This document shows, piece by piece, positions 6,534 to 6,831 of a DNA stretch of 6,831 nucleotides; positions within the stretch are counted from its first letter, which is position 1; every line of letters begins with the position of its first letter. The stretch is from a virus (lineage: Duplodnaviria; Heunggongvirae; Uroviricota; Caudoviricetes). The notes beneath the pieces were generated by a model that did not search any database, had not been told where the DNA came from, and saw nothing but the letters and a program-made list of their open reading frames with translations. The stretch lies in the IMG/VR virus record IMGVR_UViG_2565956635_000006, positions 1-6,831 of that record; one strand, 5' to 3'. Position numbers and translations under genes: made by a program.

Positions 6534-6553
6534 TACTGTATAAATATACAGTT
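6534..6553. promoter_or_regulatory. LexA binding site (SOS box) overlapping the promoter region of the downstream plus-strand small ORF
   Basis: TACTGTATAAATATACAGTT is CTGT-N8-ACAG with an AT-rich spacer and matches the E. coli consensus TACTGTATATATATACAGTA at 18 of 20 positions. It lies 20 bp upstream of ATG 6574 and overlaps a TATAAAT -10-like hexamer (6539-6545), with TTGATA (6530-6535) just upstream. Confidence 0.7.
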
Positions 6554-6573
6554 ATTGCATGGAGAAGATTAAG

Positions 6574-6831
6574 ATGCAGCAGTATCACTATCCACTGGAA
6601 GACGGATTTACCGAAAGGATTCACACGCCGGGAGGCGTCAAGTCACTGGTGGAGGGATCGCACTTGATGAAATTACTCCGGGATCTCGATAAGGATGGAT
6701 TTAATGTCGATGGCCCACTTGCCGAACTGACTGCACTGATTAACTACGTCACCAGCTCACAGATGTCTATGCAGGATCTGCAAACACATCTCGACTATTG
6801 TGCCGAACAATTACGAAAACAAACCACATAA
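6574..6831 (+). CDS. Small acidic soluble protein of unknown family, predicted SOS/LexA-regulated (85 aa; 90 aa if started at 6559)
   Basis: SD GGAG at 6561-6564, 9 nt before ATG 6574; the alternative ATG at 6559 has no SD. Stop TAA 6829-6831 is the last triplet of the window. No TM or signal peptide; rich in D/E. I recognise no family; the C-terminal ...LRKQTT weakly echoes P22 Mnt (...LYKKTT) but the N-terminus lacks a ribbon-helix-helix motif. Confidence 0.55.
   Translation: MQQYHYPLEDGFTERIHTPGGVKSLVEGSHLMKLLRDLDKDGFNVDGPLAELTALINYVTSSQMSMQDLQTHLDYCAEQLRKQTT

Larger units (their letters stand above)
1267..6831. mobile_element. Prophage late-region segment (tailspike plus lysis cassette plus SOS-controlled gene), possibly of epsilon15/SPN1S-like lineage
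   Basis: Gene content and order: tailspike, membrane proteins, GH19 endolysin, embedded spanin pair, with overlapping start/stop codons typical of phage late operons. Compositional mosaicism is present. The left boundary is unknown and the element probably continues beyond the right window edge. Confidence 0.7.

Noticed and set aside
6559-6573. Upstream ATG at 6559 as start of the SOS-regulated ORF (90-aa form)
   Set aside because: No SD precedes it and it would sit within or just after the LexA box and promoter core. ATG 6574 has GGAG at optimal spacing. Left as an alternative.
1-6831. CRISPR arrays, tRNA/rRNA genes, insertion-sequence terminal inverted repeats, integrase or transposase genes
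   Set aside because: No regularly spaced direct repeats, no tRNA-like cloverleaf candidates, no transposase-like or integrase-like ORFs were seen by eye in this window.

Overview
This window reads as the late-region end of a temperate, tailed-phage (prophage) genome in an enterobacterial-type background, with one late operon on the minus strand running right to left. That operon is a 924-aa tailspike (conserved N-terminal anchor domain plus pectate-lyase-like beta-helix receptor-binding module), a small 94-aa membrane protein, an AT-rich ~190-bp spacer, two overlapping holin-like membrane proteins, a GH19 (chitinase-fold) endolysin, and an Rz-like i-spanin with an embedded Rz1-like lipoprotein o-spanin, ending at a bidirectional intrinsic terminator. 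Two plus-strand genes converge on that terminator from the left: an outer-membrane glycine-zipper lipoprotein and a secreted TolA-like coiled-coil protein, which are either host genes at the prophage boundary or a bor-like moron. The most interesting signal is on the right: a near-consensus LexA (SOS) box sits 20 bp upstream of a small acidic ORF of unknown family, divergent from the tailspike, which is a candidate SOS-controlled antirepressor or other damage-induced phage function. The tailspike also shows a sharp compositional mosaic. The tailspike N-domain and GH19 endolysin suggest an epsilon15/SPN1S-like phage lineage, but this rests on recall, not a search. No rRNA, tRNA or CRISPR was seen. 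All family assignments are from reading the translations by eye and need HMM/BLAST confirmation.
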